From the NCBI GenBank assembly GCA_033763455.1, contig JANRKO010000045.1, positions 1 through 64,000 of the forward strand: a stretch of 64,000 nt of DNA, read 5' to 3'. This document shows positions 18,917 to 28,383 of the stretch, one piece after another; position 1 is the first letter of the stretch; each line of letters opens with the position of its first letter. Position numbers and translations under genes: made by a program. The notes under the pieces were generated by a model that was given only the letters and a program-made list of their open reading frames with translations, was not told the origin of the DNA and did no database searches. This stretch comes from Polyangiaceae bacterium (lineage in GTDB: Bacteria > Myxococcota_A > Polyangia > Polyangiales > Polyangiaceae).

Positions 18917-19864
18917 TCAGTCGTCGCTCCAGTCATCAGAATCAAGGCCAGTTCGCCAATTGTTGCCCCCGCCACGGCGCCGGTCGTCCGGAGCGGCCGG
19001 CTGTTTTTTCTTCGCAGCCTCGACCTTCTTCTTCTTTCCTTCACGGCGTCCCTCGAAATCCCGGTTGTCGAATGAGCTCCGCTGTTGCGGCGCTGCCGCA
19101 CCGAAATCACCAATAGAAGGGCGACGCTCAGTCGAAGGGCGCTCGAATCCACCTCCGCCAGCATTCGGTGGCCCACCGGGACGCGGCGCATAACCGCCAC
19201 CACCGGGACGTTCTGTCCGTTCCGGACGTTCCCCGCGCGCGTGCGCTGCATTAATCATCAAGCGACGCCCACCGAGCTCAAGATTACGCAGCTGAACCAA
19301 CGCCTCATTAACGGCTTCGGGTGACGCAAGCGAAACGAACGCGAAACCGCGCGCACGCCCGTCGGGACCTGTGGGCATGTGCACACGCACTACCTGATTC
19401 ACACCCCGCTCTTTGAGCACTGACTCTAGGCCGGGTCGATCAGCATCGTACGGCAAATTGCCGATATAGATCGACCTATCATCCCCGCCCTGCCCTCCAC
19501 CTGCCGGGGCTCCACCTGAAGCTGGAGCGCCCGCGGCTTGATACGCGCGCGGCTCTGGACGCGGCCTCGTGTCGCCGCCGGCATCACCCGGACCGCGTCG
19601 TGAGTCCGAAGAAAATGGTCGAACTGAAATCGAGCGCCCTGCCTGAGTGGACCCGTCGAGTGTTTCTCGCGCACGAGTCGCTTCCTCGGCAGAAGACAGC
19701 GTCACGAATCCAAAGCCGCGCGGGCGTCCCGTCGCACGATCGCGCGGAACGCTGACCTGTACGACCGTACCACCGGTGGCTTCGAAGACTTGGCGCAGTA
19801 CTTCTTCGTCGACTGAGTCCGGCAAACCCGCAACGAAGAGTTTTCGCGCGTCGTCGGTCTGCAT
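18917..19864 (-). CDS. RNA-binding protein with two RRM domains and Gly/Arg-rich disordered regions
   Basis: RNP2/RNP1 pairs LFVAGL...RGFGFV and IYIGNL...RGFAFV. Confidence 0.92.
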   Translation of the reverse strand: MQTDDARKLFVAGLPDSVDEEVLRQVFEATGGTVVQVSVPRDRATGRPRGFGFVTLSSAEEATRARETLDGSTQAGRSISVRPFSSDSRRGPGDAGGDTRPRPEPRAYQAAGAPASGGAPAGGGQGGDDRSIYIGNLPYDADRPGLESVLKERGVNQVVRVHMPTGPDGRARGFAFVSLASPEAVNEALVQLRNLELGGRRLMINAAHARGERPERTERPGGGGYAPRPGGPPNAGGGGFERPSTERRPSIGDFGAAAPQQRSSFDNRDFEGRREGKKKKVEAAKKKQPAAPDDRRRGGGNNWRTGLDSDDWSDD

Positions 19865-20033
19865 ATGCTGTTACCTTTGTGTTCCTGTTGAGTGGGAGGT
19901 TTTGGGTGTTGGGCGCGGAGGTCGCCTGCGGACGATAACCCCGGTATGATTCGCGGTTCAAGAGTCCCGGAGGGTCCCGCGAGCCAGTAGGCTAGTCATC
20001 GCTTCCCAGAAGGCTGCTGTCGAGTCACATGAA

Positions 20034-20948
20034 ATGAAAACTCAAATAATCCTGAACCCCAAGGCAGGCAGCGGCCGTTCGCAACGGGCCCTGGGGCGTC
20101 TGACGGCCGTTTTGGATGCCAAAGGCGCTCATTACGAGGTCACACCCACCCGGGGGCCCCGCGACGCAGCGCGGCTAGCCCGTGAGGCTCGGCAGAGTGG
20201 TGTCGAGTGCATTGCGGTCATTGGTGGCGATGGAACTATCAGCGAAACCGTCCAGGGCTATATGGAAAATGGCACCGTGGCGGGAGGGCCCAAGCTGGCG
20301 CTGGTCCCCGCCGGCACCGGTGGAGACTTTCGGAAGACGTTTGGATTCTCGGATTCACCGGAGGACGCCGCACGCCGAATCCTCGCTGGTAACACGCGCA
20401 GGGTAGACGTAGGGCTGGCCCAACTGACCCCAGGGGCGGATCCTGTGGCGTTCATCAATATCTTGAGTTTCGGGATCAGCGGCCGAACGGATGAACTCGT
20501 TAACCGGGGACCCAAGTGGCTAGGCGGGAAGGCGGCATTCTTCTTGGGCACGGTGCAGGCCATGGCGACCTATCGCAACGCTCCGGTGCGGCTAACTGTC
20601 GATGGCGTGGTTGTGCTGGAGGGCCGAATTTTCACAGTGGCCATCGCCAACGGTCAGTATTTCGGTGGAGGCATGCAAATCGCGCCCAGCGCAGATCCTG
20701 GGGACGGGCTTTTGGAGATCGTAGTGCTTGGAGATCTGACTTTCGCTGAGAGCCTCGCGCTGTCGCGACATATCTACAGCGGTTCGCATCTCACGCAGAA
20801 GAAGGTCTTGTCGTTTAGAGGCCGAGTGATCGAAGCTGAGGCACTGCGCGCGAGCGAGCCTGTATTGATCGATTGCGACGGCGAGCAACCGGGAACGTTG
20901 CCGCTCAAGGCGTCGGTGATACCAGCTGCGTTGGAGCTACTGGTATAG
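20034..20948 (+). CDS. diacylglycerol kinase family (YegS/DgkB-like) lipid kinase
   Basis: NPKAG, GGDGT, PAGTGGDF, NGQYFGGG, DGE motifs. Confidence 0.92.
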   Translation: MKTQIILNPKAGSGRSQRALGRLTAVLDAKGAHYEVTPTRGPRDAARLAREARQSGVECIAVIGGDGTISETVQGYMENGTVAGGPKLALVPAGTGGDFRKTFGFSDSPEDAARRILAGNTRRVDVGLAQLTPGADPVAFINILSFGISGRTDELVNRGPKWLGGKAAFFLGTVQAMATYRNAPVRLTVDGVVVLEGRIFTVAIANGQYFGGGMQIAPSADPGDGLLEIVVLGDLTFAESLALSRHIYSGSHLTQKKVLSFRGRVIEAEALRASEPVLIDCDGEQPGTLPLKASVIPAALELLV

Positions 20949-21993
20949 GCGCCTCTTGTCCGGATTGGGAGCGCACGCCCGAGGCTTTTGACACCACGAG
21001 CCTGTCTTCGCCAACCAGCCCGTCACCCGCAGGGATCATGCGGATTTCGCGCCCTTCACAGCTCCGAGCTAAAACCTCGGGGCTCTCTAGGGGCCGCGAG
21101 CATGCTTGTTCGGAGGCTACCGGTTCGATCAGAAGCTCCACCAGCGCAAGCGCCCGAGCTACCCCCTCCATGCGAGCCTGCCCATCCTCGGTGGCCACAC
21201 CCGAAAGCGTGAGAGCTTCCGACAATCGGCTAAACAGCGCCCCGCCGTGAACCTCCGCGGCGACCACGGCCCCTGATTCCAAACGCAAGGTGATCCCGAG
21301 CGGTGCTTGCCTGCCGACTAACTTTCCATTCTCCGGAATCGCAAACTCAAAACTGAGAAGCTTCTCGCATGCGTTTTCTGTGCAATGAGCCTCAGGAGGA
21401 GTTAACCTAAACGCGTGAATGAATTCATGGGGAAGTTCACTTGTAAGACCGCCAAAGTGGGGAATGCTGAGCACGAGCCGTACCCAACGCGAGAACTCGT
21501 CCACCAAGCGCTTTCGGTCGAAGCGAGCTTGGTCAACGGCACCCAAAGCTGCCCTATCTCGCTCCGCCTGCTCTTTATCCCGTCGCGTCTCAGCGCTCTT
21601 TGCTGCTACGAGCTCCGCGACCCGGGCCTCAGCAGCGGCGCGATGAGGGCCATTGGGCAGCACGGCAAGATAATGCGAAAGGCCTTCGAGGCTCCCGCGT
21701 GAGGCCACAAAGAAGCGACGCTCACTCGGATAATACCAAGCTTCCGTTTCGTGCCTGGAGGGGCCTTGATACCCGTGTGACAGGTAATCCGAGGCGGCGC
21801 GCAGGCGCGACTCTAGCGTCTTACTGAGACGAATCCGACGGTAAGCCTCGTATTCAGTGCGGTCTCGCGTAACATGTTGAAGCGGTGCGCACGCCCAAAG
21901 CGTAACGCAGCCCCAAAGGGCGGCATGGGCCAAAACAGCCGAAGCGAGCACTCCCATGCCACAGCGTTTCACTCTAGGGGACAGAACGCGCAT
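20905..21993 (-). CDS. hypothetical protein, probably exported
   Basis: Long ORF at the end of the pepP operon; hydrophobic N-terminus ending in LWAC; start uncertain. Confidence 0.65.
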   Translation of the reverse strand: MRVLSPRVKRCGMGVLASAVLAHAALWGCVTLWACAPLQHVTRDRTEYEAYRRIRLSKTLESRLRAASDYLSHGYQGPSRHETEAWYYPSERRFFVASRGSLEGLSHYLAVLPNGPHRAAAEARVAELVAAKSAETRRDKEQAERDRAALGAVDQARFDRKRLVDEFSRWVRLVLSIPHFGGLTSELPHEFIHAFRLTPPEAHCTENACEKLLSFEFAIPENGKLVGRQAPLGITLRLESGAVVAAEVHGGALFSRLSEALTLSGVATEDGQARMEGVARALALVELLIEPVASEQACSRPLESPEVLARSCEGREIRMIPAGDGLVGEDRLVVSKASGVRSQSGQEAPIPVAPTQLVSPTP

Positions 21994-22349
21994 TCGGTTG
22001 GTACCTCCGGCAGCAAATCGCGCATGTATCGGGCATAGGCGCCACAGCTTGCGGCTTCGAGCGCATGAAGGCACACCTGCCCGTCATGAATTAACGGCTC
22101 ACACCCTACGGGGAAAACTTCCTCGCTCAAAGCTCCACTGCACGCACTCACGCACGCATCCGTCCGCAACTTACAGGTTTGGCACTTCGAACAATCGACC
22201 GCTTGCTTTTTGGCAAAGAAGCGGCCTGCATCAAGTGGTGCAGGGTTCTGGCCGCAGGCACCGATATCTCCGGGAGTGGGAGCCGCGCAAAACAAGAGGA
22301 GCAAGCTGAGTGCGATGAGTCGACCCCGAATCGGCTGATGCATGCTCAT
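21969..22349 (-). CDS. Cys-rich secreted protein or lipoprotein
   Basis: Signal-like LIALSLLLLFC; multiple Cys pairs; ATGA coupling to the upstream gene. Confidence 0.7.
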   Translation of the reverse strand: MSMHQPIRGRLIALSLLLLFCAAPTPGDIGACGQNPAPLDAGRFFAKKQAVDCSKCQTCKLRTDACVSACSGALSEEVFPVGCEPLIHDGQVCLHALEAASCGAYARYMRDLLPEVPTECAFCPLE

Positions 22350-22984
22350 GGTAAATCCTCGTAATCCCAAAGCAGCCCAGCCTGAAAAGAAACCAGATCG
22401 ATTGCTGTGGCGGCACGTTCGCGTGTGGCTGCGCCCAGATAGTGGCTAAAGCCAAGCTCCGCGGTTAGGCCCCAGCCGGCTTGCACGAGCAGTACTCCGC
22501 CACCCGCAACTTCTGCCCCAAGATTCAGGTCGGGCCGCGTAACCACCGGCAAACCTCCACGCATATAGACCATTCTGCCGCCGGCGAAGCGATAGAGCCC
22601 GAGGTAGTTCGGCGTGATCACCTCTTGTGGCACGCCTTGAAGCGCCAGCGAAATGCGCACTAGCGCACCATGCTGAAGCCCGTTCGGGGCGCCGGTGAGG
22701 CCACCCATCCCCACATCCAGGTACGGAGCGCTCAGCGAAAGGGAGGTGGAATGGCCGATCTGAGTCGAAAGTCGGTAAGGATTGTTGAAGCGGAGCCCTG
22801 CCCCCACCGCCACCGTGGCAAGCCAATGCCAATACGCGTCGCCGGACGCGCCAGGCGTCGCAGCGAGCTCGACCGCCGAGGGCACTTCCTCATGAGCTGC
22901 AGTGGGTGAAACCGCACGCGCCGGAAGTACCTGGCCCGAAATAAAAAGAGCCGCACCTAGTGCTCGAGTGCGACGCTGGCGCAC
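22346..22984 (-). CDS. hypothetical protein, probably an outer-membrane beta-barrel
   Basis: Signal peptide; alternating beta-strand pattern; C-terminal FQAGLLWDYEDLP. Confidence 0.65.
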   Translation of the reverse strand: MRQRRTRALGAALFISGQVLPARAVSPTAAHEEVPSAVELAATPGASGDAYWHWLATVAVGAGLRFNNPYRLSTQIGHSTSLSLSAPYLDVGMGGLTGAPNGLQHGALVRISLALQGVPQEVITPNYLGLYRFAGGRMVYMRGGLPVVTRPDLNLGAEVAGGGVLLVQAGWGLTAELGFSHYLGAATRERAATAIDLVSFQAGLLWDYEDLP

Positions 22985-22985
22985 G

Positions 22986-24332
22986 CTAACCTCGGCACGC
23001 CGCTTCGACGTCTTCGACGGTTTTGGGGATCATAGGGCTCAATACCCGAGAACCGTTCGCCGTGACGAGCACATCATCCTCAATGCGGATCCCGATGCCG
23101 CGATATCGATCAGGCACGGCTTCATAGAGCTCACGATATTTCTCAGGAACAAGGCCTGGCTCGGCCGCCACGTATAAGCCGGGTTCAACGGTGATCACCA
23201 TGTTTGCCGCAAGTGTGCGCGGCTTGCCCTGCACTTGGTACGCTCCCACGTCGTGGACATCCATGCCGAGGTAGTGACTCGTCTTATGCATGAAGAAGGC
23301 CAAGTACAGCTTGTCCTCCAAGACCTTTTCCAGCGTGCCCTTGAGCAGCCCGAGCTTGATCAATCCCGCTGCCGTAACACGAACCGCTGCATCGTGGATC
23401 TCGCCCAGCGTGGTTCCTGGTTTGGTCGCAGCGATCGCCGCCAACTGGGCCTCAAGCACGAGCTCGTAGAGTTCACGCTGCGGCGCCGTGAAGCGTCCGT
23501 TCGCGGGAAAAGTACGGGTGATATCGGAGGCGTAGTAGCCGTACTCGCAACCTGCATCCACGAGCACCAAATCTCCATCCTCGAGACAACGGTTATTCTC
23601 GCGGTAGTGGAGGATGGTTGCATTCGGCCCGCTACCAACGATCGGGGAATAAGCGTGCCGTTCGCAGCCACGCTGGCGAAACACGTGGTTCAGCTCGGCC
23701 TCCAGCTCGTATTCAAACTTGCCTGGCGCCGCCATGGCCATGAGCGCGGCGTGCCCCGCTCCTGTAATTTCGAGAGCTTTTTCCATGCACTCGATCTCTA
23801 GGTTCGATTTGAAGAGCCGCATCTCGTGGAGGATCTGAGATAAATCCACTATTTCGGTGGGGTATCCGATGCCTCGGCGTTCTTTTTGCCGCACCCGCGC
23901 CAAGATCCTGATGATTTTTCTATCGAACGCCGAATCGACACCTAACCGATAATAAAGCCTAGTGGTGTTCTCCAGCAGCTCCACCAGCTTGGACTCCAGC
24001 TGCTCGATCTCAAACGCTTCGTCGGCCCCAAAATCCCGCTGCGCCCCCTCGGGACCCGCACGACGCCCATCCCAGATTTCGCGCTCGGGATCGCGTTTCT
24101 GCACGAAGAGGTAAAACTTCGGGCTAGCGCCACCCTTCAGCACGGCCACCGAGTGGGGCTCCACGAAGCCGGAAACGTACTGAAGGTCTGAACTCTGCCG
24201 GTAATCGTGCTCCACGTCGTTGTTGCGGACAGCAACCGGGGCGCCTGGCACAATCAGGACGGCTTCGCCCAGCTGTTCGAAGATCTGCTCGCGTCGTCGG
24301 GAAAACTCTAATTTCATGGCTCGCTTCGCCAA
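22986..24332 (-). CDS. pepP: Xaa-Pro aminopeptidase (M24B)
   Basis: AMP_N domain, DAGCE, SDITRT, HYLGMDVHD, TVEPGLY, GIRIEDD. Confidence 0.96.
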   Translation of the reverse strand: MAKRAMKLEFSRRREQIFEQLGEAVLIVPGAPVAVRNNDVEHDYRQSSDLQYVSGFVEPHSVAVLKGGASPKFYLFVQKRDPEREIWDGRRAGPEGAQRDFGADEAFEIEQLESKLVELLENTTRLYYRLGVDSAFDRKIIRILARVRQKERRGIGYPTEIVDLSQILHEMRLFKSNLEIECMEKALEITGAGHAALMAMAAPGKFEYELEAELNHVFRQRGCERHAYSPIVGSGPNATILHYRENNRCLEDGDLVLVDAGCEYGYYASDITRTFPANGRFTAPQRELYELVLEAQLAAIAATKPGTTLGEIHDAAVRVTAAGLIKLGLLKGTLEKVLEDKLYLAFFMHKTSHYLGMDVHDVGAYQVQGKPRTLAANMVITVEPGLYVAAEPGLVPEKYRELYEAVPDRYRGIGIRIEDDVLVTANGSRVLSPMIPKTVEDVEAACRG

Positions 24333-24454
24333 AGGTAGTCCCCGAAAACCCTTCTGTTAATGGCAGGTTGTGCCACAAGCCCGGGGGTGGCGAAAAAGGT
24401 GCCAAAACACAAGTGGTTTGACTGAGCCACCTGCTCCGGGTAAGTCCCCTCACC

Positions 24455-24838
24455 TTGGTCCCCCCGGAAGATTCCATCCCCGAGGAACACGAGCGCGAAA
24501 GCAGAGTTGAGCGGATCGTGCCCGAGCTCCTGCGGCGCATGCTCGAAGCTGGCTACGAAAAGCTGAGCGATGGCCCCGAAAACCTCCGCCAATTCGTGAG
24601 CGACCTGAAGCTTCCGAAAGAAGCGCTCGCCGTCTTGCTGACGCAAGTTGAAGATGGGCGGCATGGGCTCTATCGTGCCGTGGCTGGCGAGGTTCGTGAG
24701 TTTCTCCAGCGCACCAGTCTTTCCGATGAGATCAAGCGGGCCGTTTCCGGGCTGACCCTCGAAATCAAAACTGAGATTCGAGTGGTGCCGAAGGATAGCC
24801 CCAAGGATTCTGTTCGACCGAAGCCCCCCACTGAATGA
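24455..24838 (+). CDS. hypothetical helical protein
   Basis: 127-aa ORF with host-like codon usage, divergent from pepP. Confidence 0.7.
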   Translation: MVPPEDSIPEEHERESRVERIVPELLRRMLEAGYEKLSDGPENLRQFVSDLKLPKEALAVLLTQVEDGRHGLYRAVAGEVREFLQRTSLSDEIKRAVSGLTLEIKTEIRVVPKDSPKDSVRPKPPTE

Positions 24839-24856
24839 AATGATGGAGAACCGCAA

Positions 24857-25312
24857 GTGAAACCCCTAGTAGCCGGAAGCGAGATCGATGCCTGGTGCAC
24901 CAAGTGTCGTTTGGATCTCGGACATCGCATCGTTGCACTCATTGAGGGAAGACCCAAGCGGGTCATTTGCTTGACCTGTAGCTCGGAGCACAATTACAGG
25001 GCGTCGCAAGCAGATGCCAAAGCGGACATCGTGCTGCGTACGCAGCGCTCCGCCACGAGTGGCCCCAAGAAATCTAAGGTGCCGCGCGTAAAAAGTGCAG
25101 CGGACCACACGAAGGATTGGGAATCCCAAATCGCGGGCCAAGCCACCACGGCTTTCATTCGATATACGATCGATAGAACGTTCAAGCCCGGCCAGGTGCT
25201 CATCCACAAGACCTTCGGGGAAGGCGTGGTTACCGACGTTCTTGAAAGCGACAAAATGACCGTGTTGTTTCGCACCGGGCCGAAAACGCTCGTGCATAGC
25301 AAGACGGCCTGA
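24857..25312 (+). CDS. zinc-ribbon protein with a C-terminal Tudor-like (PcrA-CTD/DUF3553-like) motif
   Basis: CTKC...CLTC; FKPGQVLIHKTFGEGVV...VLFRTGPKTL. Confidence 0.75.
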   Translation: MKPLVAGSEIDAWCTKCRLDLGHRIVALIEGRPKRVICLTCSSEHNYRASQADAKADIVLRTQRSATSGPKKSKVPRVKSAADHTKDWESQIAGQATTAFIRYTIDRTFKPGQVLIHKTFGEGVVTDVLESDKMTVLFRTGPKTLVHSKTA

Positions 25313-25329
25313 GCACTTATCCAGTCCCT

Positions 25330-28314
25330 TCAGCGCGCTTCTAACCGGCGCACCACCGGATTGTTCGGAAAGTCTCGCTGGATGGCGGCGACATAGGAAC
25401 GCGTGCGCGGATCGCGTGCGAGCGCCAGCGTTCGAGCAACCACAACTCGCCCGTCGAGCGTTTCGTCGGCTGGAAGTTCCATGCTTCGGATACGTAGGGT
25501 AACGGCACGTGGCCCAAAGCCGAGAAGTGCCGAAAGCCAAGGATCTTTGGCCTCAGGGATGGTCGAATAGAGCTCTTTGACTTGAGCGTCTTGCCCTGTC
25601 GCCAAAAGCAAGAAAGCATGTTCGGTAAGCAGCCGACGTGTTCGCACAGAGCGCCCAAAAAGCCGTGTGGTGATATCAACACCCTCGCGGATGCGCCCCT
25701 CGTAGCGGCGCAAGCGAGCCAAGCGCAGAAGGTGGAGAGGGCGATCTTGGATCGCTGGCCAGTGCAGCAGCAACTCCTCGGCGCGCTCGAGGTCACCCGC
25801 ATCCAGCGCTGCGTCAATAGCTACAAGCCCCGCCCAATACGCGCCCGAGCTTACTAACGCTCTAAGCTCCTCGGAGCTTAGCGCACCTCCGGAGAACAGT
25901 TGCAGGCCAACGGCAGCGCCCTTGAGCGGCTCGCTCATGGCGGCGTCGGTGCCCGCCCTGCTGAGGGCGTCCCGCAGGCCTTCGGCGGACGCCTCTTCGT
26001 AGGCGATAGTGCTCCTCAGAATGGCAAGGTCAAAAGAGAGCTTCTGCCCGAGGGGATCGGCTGCCAGGCGTGCGACCAAGCGCTCAGCTTCCCCCAGCTT
26101 GCCCTCCAGAAGGGCGCCCCTAGCCCGCAAAACGCGAGCATTCGGCTCGTCCGCATCAATCGCCTCCAACACATTGGCGACCTGGTTGGCCAAATCAAGA
26201 CGGCCAGCGTCTACGGCCAACATCCCTAAGGCACCTCTTACCGCCGGGCTCTCCGCACGCTCAAGCGCATGAGCAAGAATGTTGCCCGCCTCAACGAACT
26301 TTCGGGCAAGCAGCGCAGCGCGCGCTTGTACCAAGCTCAAGAGCGGCCTCGCTGGGGCCGCCAAGGTATCGGCTGAAATCGGCGAGCCACCCGACCCTTT
26401 CAACTCGGTGTGGTTCGATGGAACGGCCAGGGCCCCAACCACACGGGACTCTAAAGTGCCCGCAAGCGGCTCCAACCAATCTTTAGCGAAAGCGCGCTCC
26501 AACCCAAGGGAGCGATCTAGAAGGGTTAACCTGGAGTCCAATAATGCCGCAATCTGCAAACCCTTGTCTAACTCACGAGCCCGCGCATAGAATTTTCTCG
26601 CGTGGGGGTCTGCGGCCAGTTCTAGGGCCATCCCCGCGCCCAGCTGGAAATACGGATCGCGAGAGAGCGTGTCTTCCCAATGACGAACGAGGCCGACAGC
26701 GGCTGCAATGTTTCCCTTTTCGAGCAACATCAACAATTCGCCAGAAATCCTGGCGCGCTTAGGCAGACCGAGCACTTCGGCGCGCTGCAAGGCCTGGGCA
26801 AGGCCGTTACACGCCTGCCCGAACACAAGCTCCGAAACGACACAGTGCCGAATGCGAAGGCGGGCAAGCGCAGGCGAAGCTACCGCATCCGCACCGAGAG
26901 ACTGAATGCGAGCGCTAAGGGTGCGCTGAACCGCTGGCTCCACACGCCGATTGAGCGCCGAAAGCTCTTGAATCACAGTTCCAAGTTCACTCTTTCGAGC
27001 CCACGTTTGCTGCTCATCGGCGTAACGTACAGCTACGAACCCGGCCGCACCGAGCACACAAAGCCCCAACGCTACTTCGACTGCCGTTAGCAACCACTTG
27101 CGCCGCGTCTTCAGGGTGCGCTGCGCTGTTGTTTCATCCTTGAAGCCCACAACGCCCACATCTTGTGGGACGCGTGGCGGACTGAGCGGCGAGACGGCCG
27201 CGGGAGGGAGGGTAGGAACCCACGCTCGATTCTCGATCGCTGGGACCGGAGCACTTGGGGTGGGCTTCAGGGGTGGCCGTGGAGAAGGGCGGACCGCTCC
27301 GGGGGGCAACGAAGGCTTAGGGGGCACCAATGCAGGCGGCGGTGGAGCTGACGCGGGCGCAGCAAAAGCCCTTTCTGGAGCTGGCGGAGACGTCGAAACC
27401 AGCTTAGCTGCTGGCGGCAACGTGGGGGTTGGTGGCGGCACCGACCTTGGGCGCCCCCGCTCAAGCGAACTTGGCGCCACAATGACGCTATCTTCTACGC
27501 GAGGCTCCGGTGACTTTTGGGCGGGCCGCATGGCGGGCGAATACACTGGACTCGACTTAAGGGGCGGCTCGGGACGCGGTGGCTCCGGCTCTTCAATGAG
27601 ATCAGCCGAGAGAAGCTCCGCGCGTCCTGCCCCCAGCTCTGAGACGCTTTGCAGCGAAGCCTCTTCGAGGTCATCATCCTCCAAGAGATCAACCACCGAG
27701 ACGAATTCGGCACGGGACTCTCTTAGTTCGCTACGAAGCTTCTCACTGTCTCGCGAATCCAATACCTGAGTGTCGTCGTCGTCGTCAGCCGCAGGCCGTG
27801 CCCTCGACGAAACGGGCGAACCGTCCGGCCTCAGGTGCATTTGTGTTGCGTCCCCGGCAACTCTCACCGCAACCGCCCCTGCTCCCTCTGTGCGTTCTAA
27901 TTCCATGTACTCAACGAGTTGCTCGTTGAGTGTCAAGATGTCGTTACTGGTGACGCCATGTTCGAGAGCGCGCTGGAGAAGCTCACTTGCACGGGTAGCC
28001 TCGCCTTGGCGAAGAAGCACTTCAGCGAGGTAGCGAAAGGGTCGAGGGTCTCTCTGATCGGCCCTGCGCGCATACGCGAGTGCCCGCCAAGCGGCAGGGA
28101 ACATTCCCGCCGCAAGGTACATTCGACCGACCGCCAGAAGGACTTCCGGGTTCTGGCTGTACGCACTCTCCGCGGTGCGCCCCACCTCCCCAATCAGACC
28201 CAATTGGAGCGTAGCGCCTAGGTACCCACAAAGCGCGGTCGTGGTGTCCTCGTCCGGATGGCTTCTCCAGGCCTTGAGGAGTTCATTCAACGCGCTCGGT
28301 TCTGCGGCGCTCAT
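25330..28314 (-). CDS. large TPR-type protein with Pro-rich linker and central TM helix
   Basis: TPR-like helices at both ends, Pro-rich middle, TM LLTAVEVALGLCVLGAAGFVAV; start set at ATG 28314. Confidence 0.8.
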   Translation of the reverse strand: MSAAEPSALNELLKAWRSHPDEDTTTALCGYLGATLQLGLIGEVGRTAESAYSQNPEVLLAVGRMYLAAGMFPAAWRALAYARRADQRDPRPFRYLAEVLLRQGEATRASELLQRALEHGVTSNDILTLNEQLVEYMELERTEGAGAVAVRVAGDATQMHLRPDGSPVSSRARPAADDDDDTQVLDSRDSEKLRSELRESRAEFVSVVDLLEDDDLEEASLQSVSELGAGRAELLSADLIEEPEPPRPEPPLKSSPVYSPAMRPAQKSPEPRVEDSVIVAPSSLERGRPRSVPPPTPTLPPAAKLVSTSPPAPERAFAAPASAPPPPALVPPKPSLPPGAVRPSPRPPLKPTPSAPVPAIENRAWVPTLPPAAVSPLSPPRVPQDVGVVGFKDETTAQRTLKTRRKWLLTAVEVALGLCVLGAAGFVAVRYADEQQTWARKSELGTVIQELSALNRRVEPAVQRTLSARIQSLGADAVASPALARLRIRHCVVSELVFGQACNGLAQALQRAEVLGLPKRARISGELLMLLEKGNIAAAVGLVRHWEDTLSRDPYFQLGAGMALELAADPHARKFYARARELDKGLQIAALLDSRLTLLDRSLGLERAFAKDWLEPLAGTLESRVVGALAVPSNHTELKGSGGSPISADTLAAPARPLLSLVQARAALLARKFVEAGNILAHALERAESPAVRGALGMLAVDAGRLDLANQVANVLEAIDADEPNARVLRARGALLEGKLGEAERLVARLAADPLGQKLSFDLAILRSTIAYEEASAEGLRDALSRAGTDAAMSEPLKGAAVGLQLFSGGALSSEELRALVSSGAYWAGLVAIDAALDAGDLERAEELLLHWPAIQDRPLHLLRLARLRRYEGRIREGVDITTRLFGRSVRTRRLLTEHAFLLLATGQDAQVKELYSTIPEAKDPWLSALLGFGPRAVTLRIRSMELPADETLDGRVVVARTLALARDPRTRSYVAAIQRDFPNNPVVRRLEAR

Positions 28315-28383
28315 GCGACGGCCCGGAGCATACACAGGCCGGTGTCGTTCCGGAACACGTTCGATGCTAATCAGCCCCGCGAC

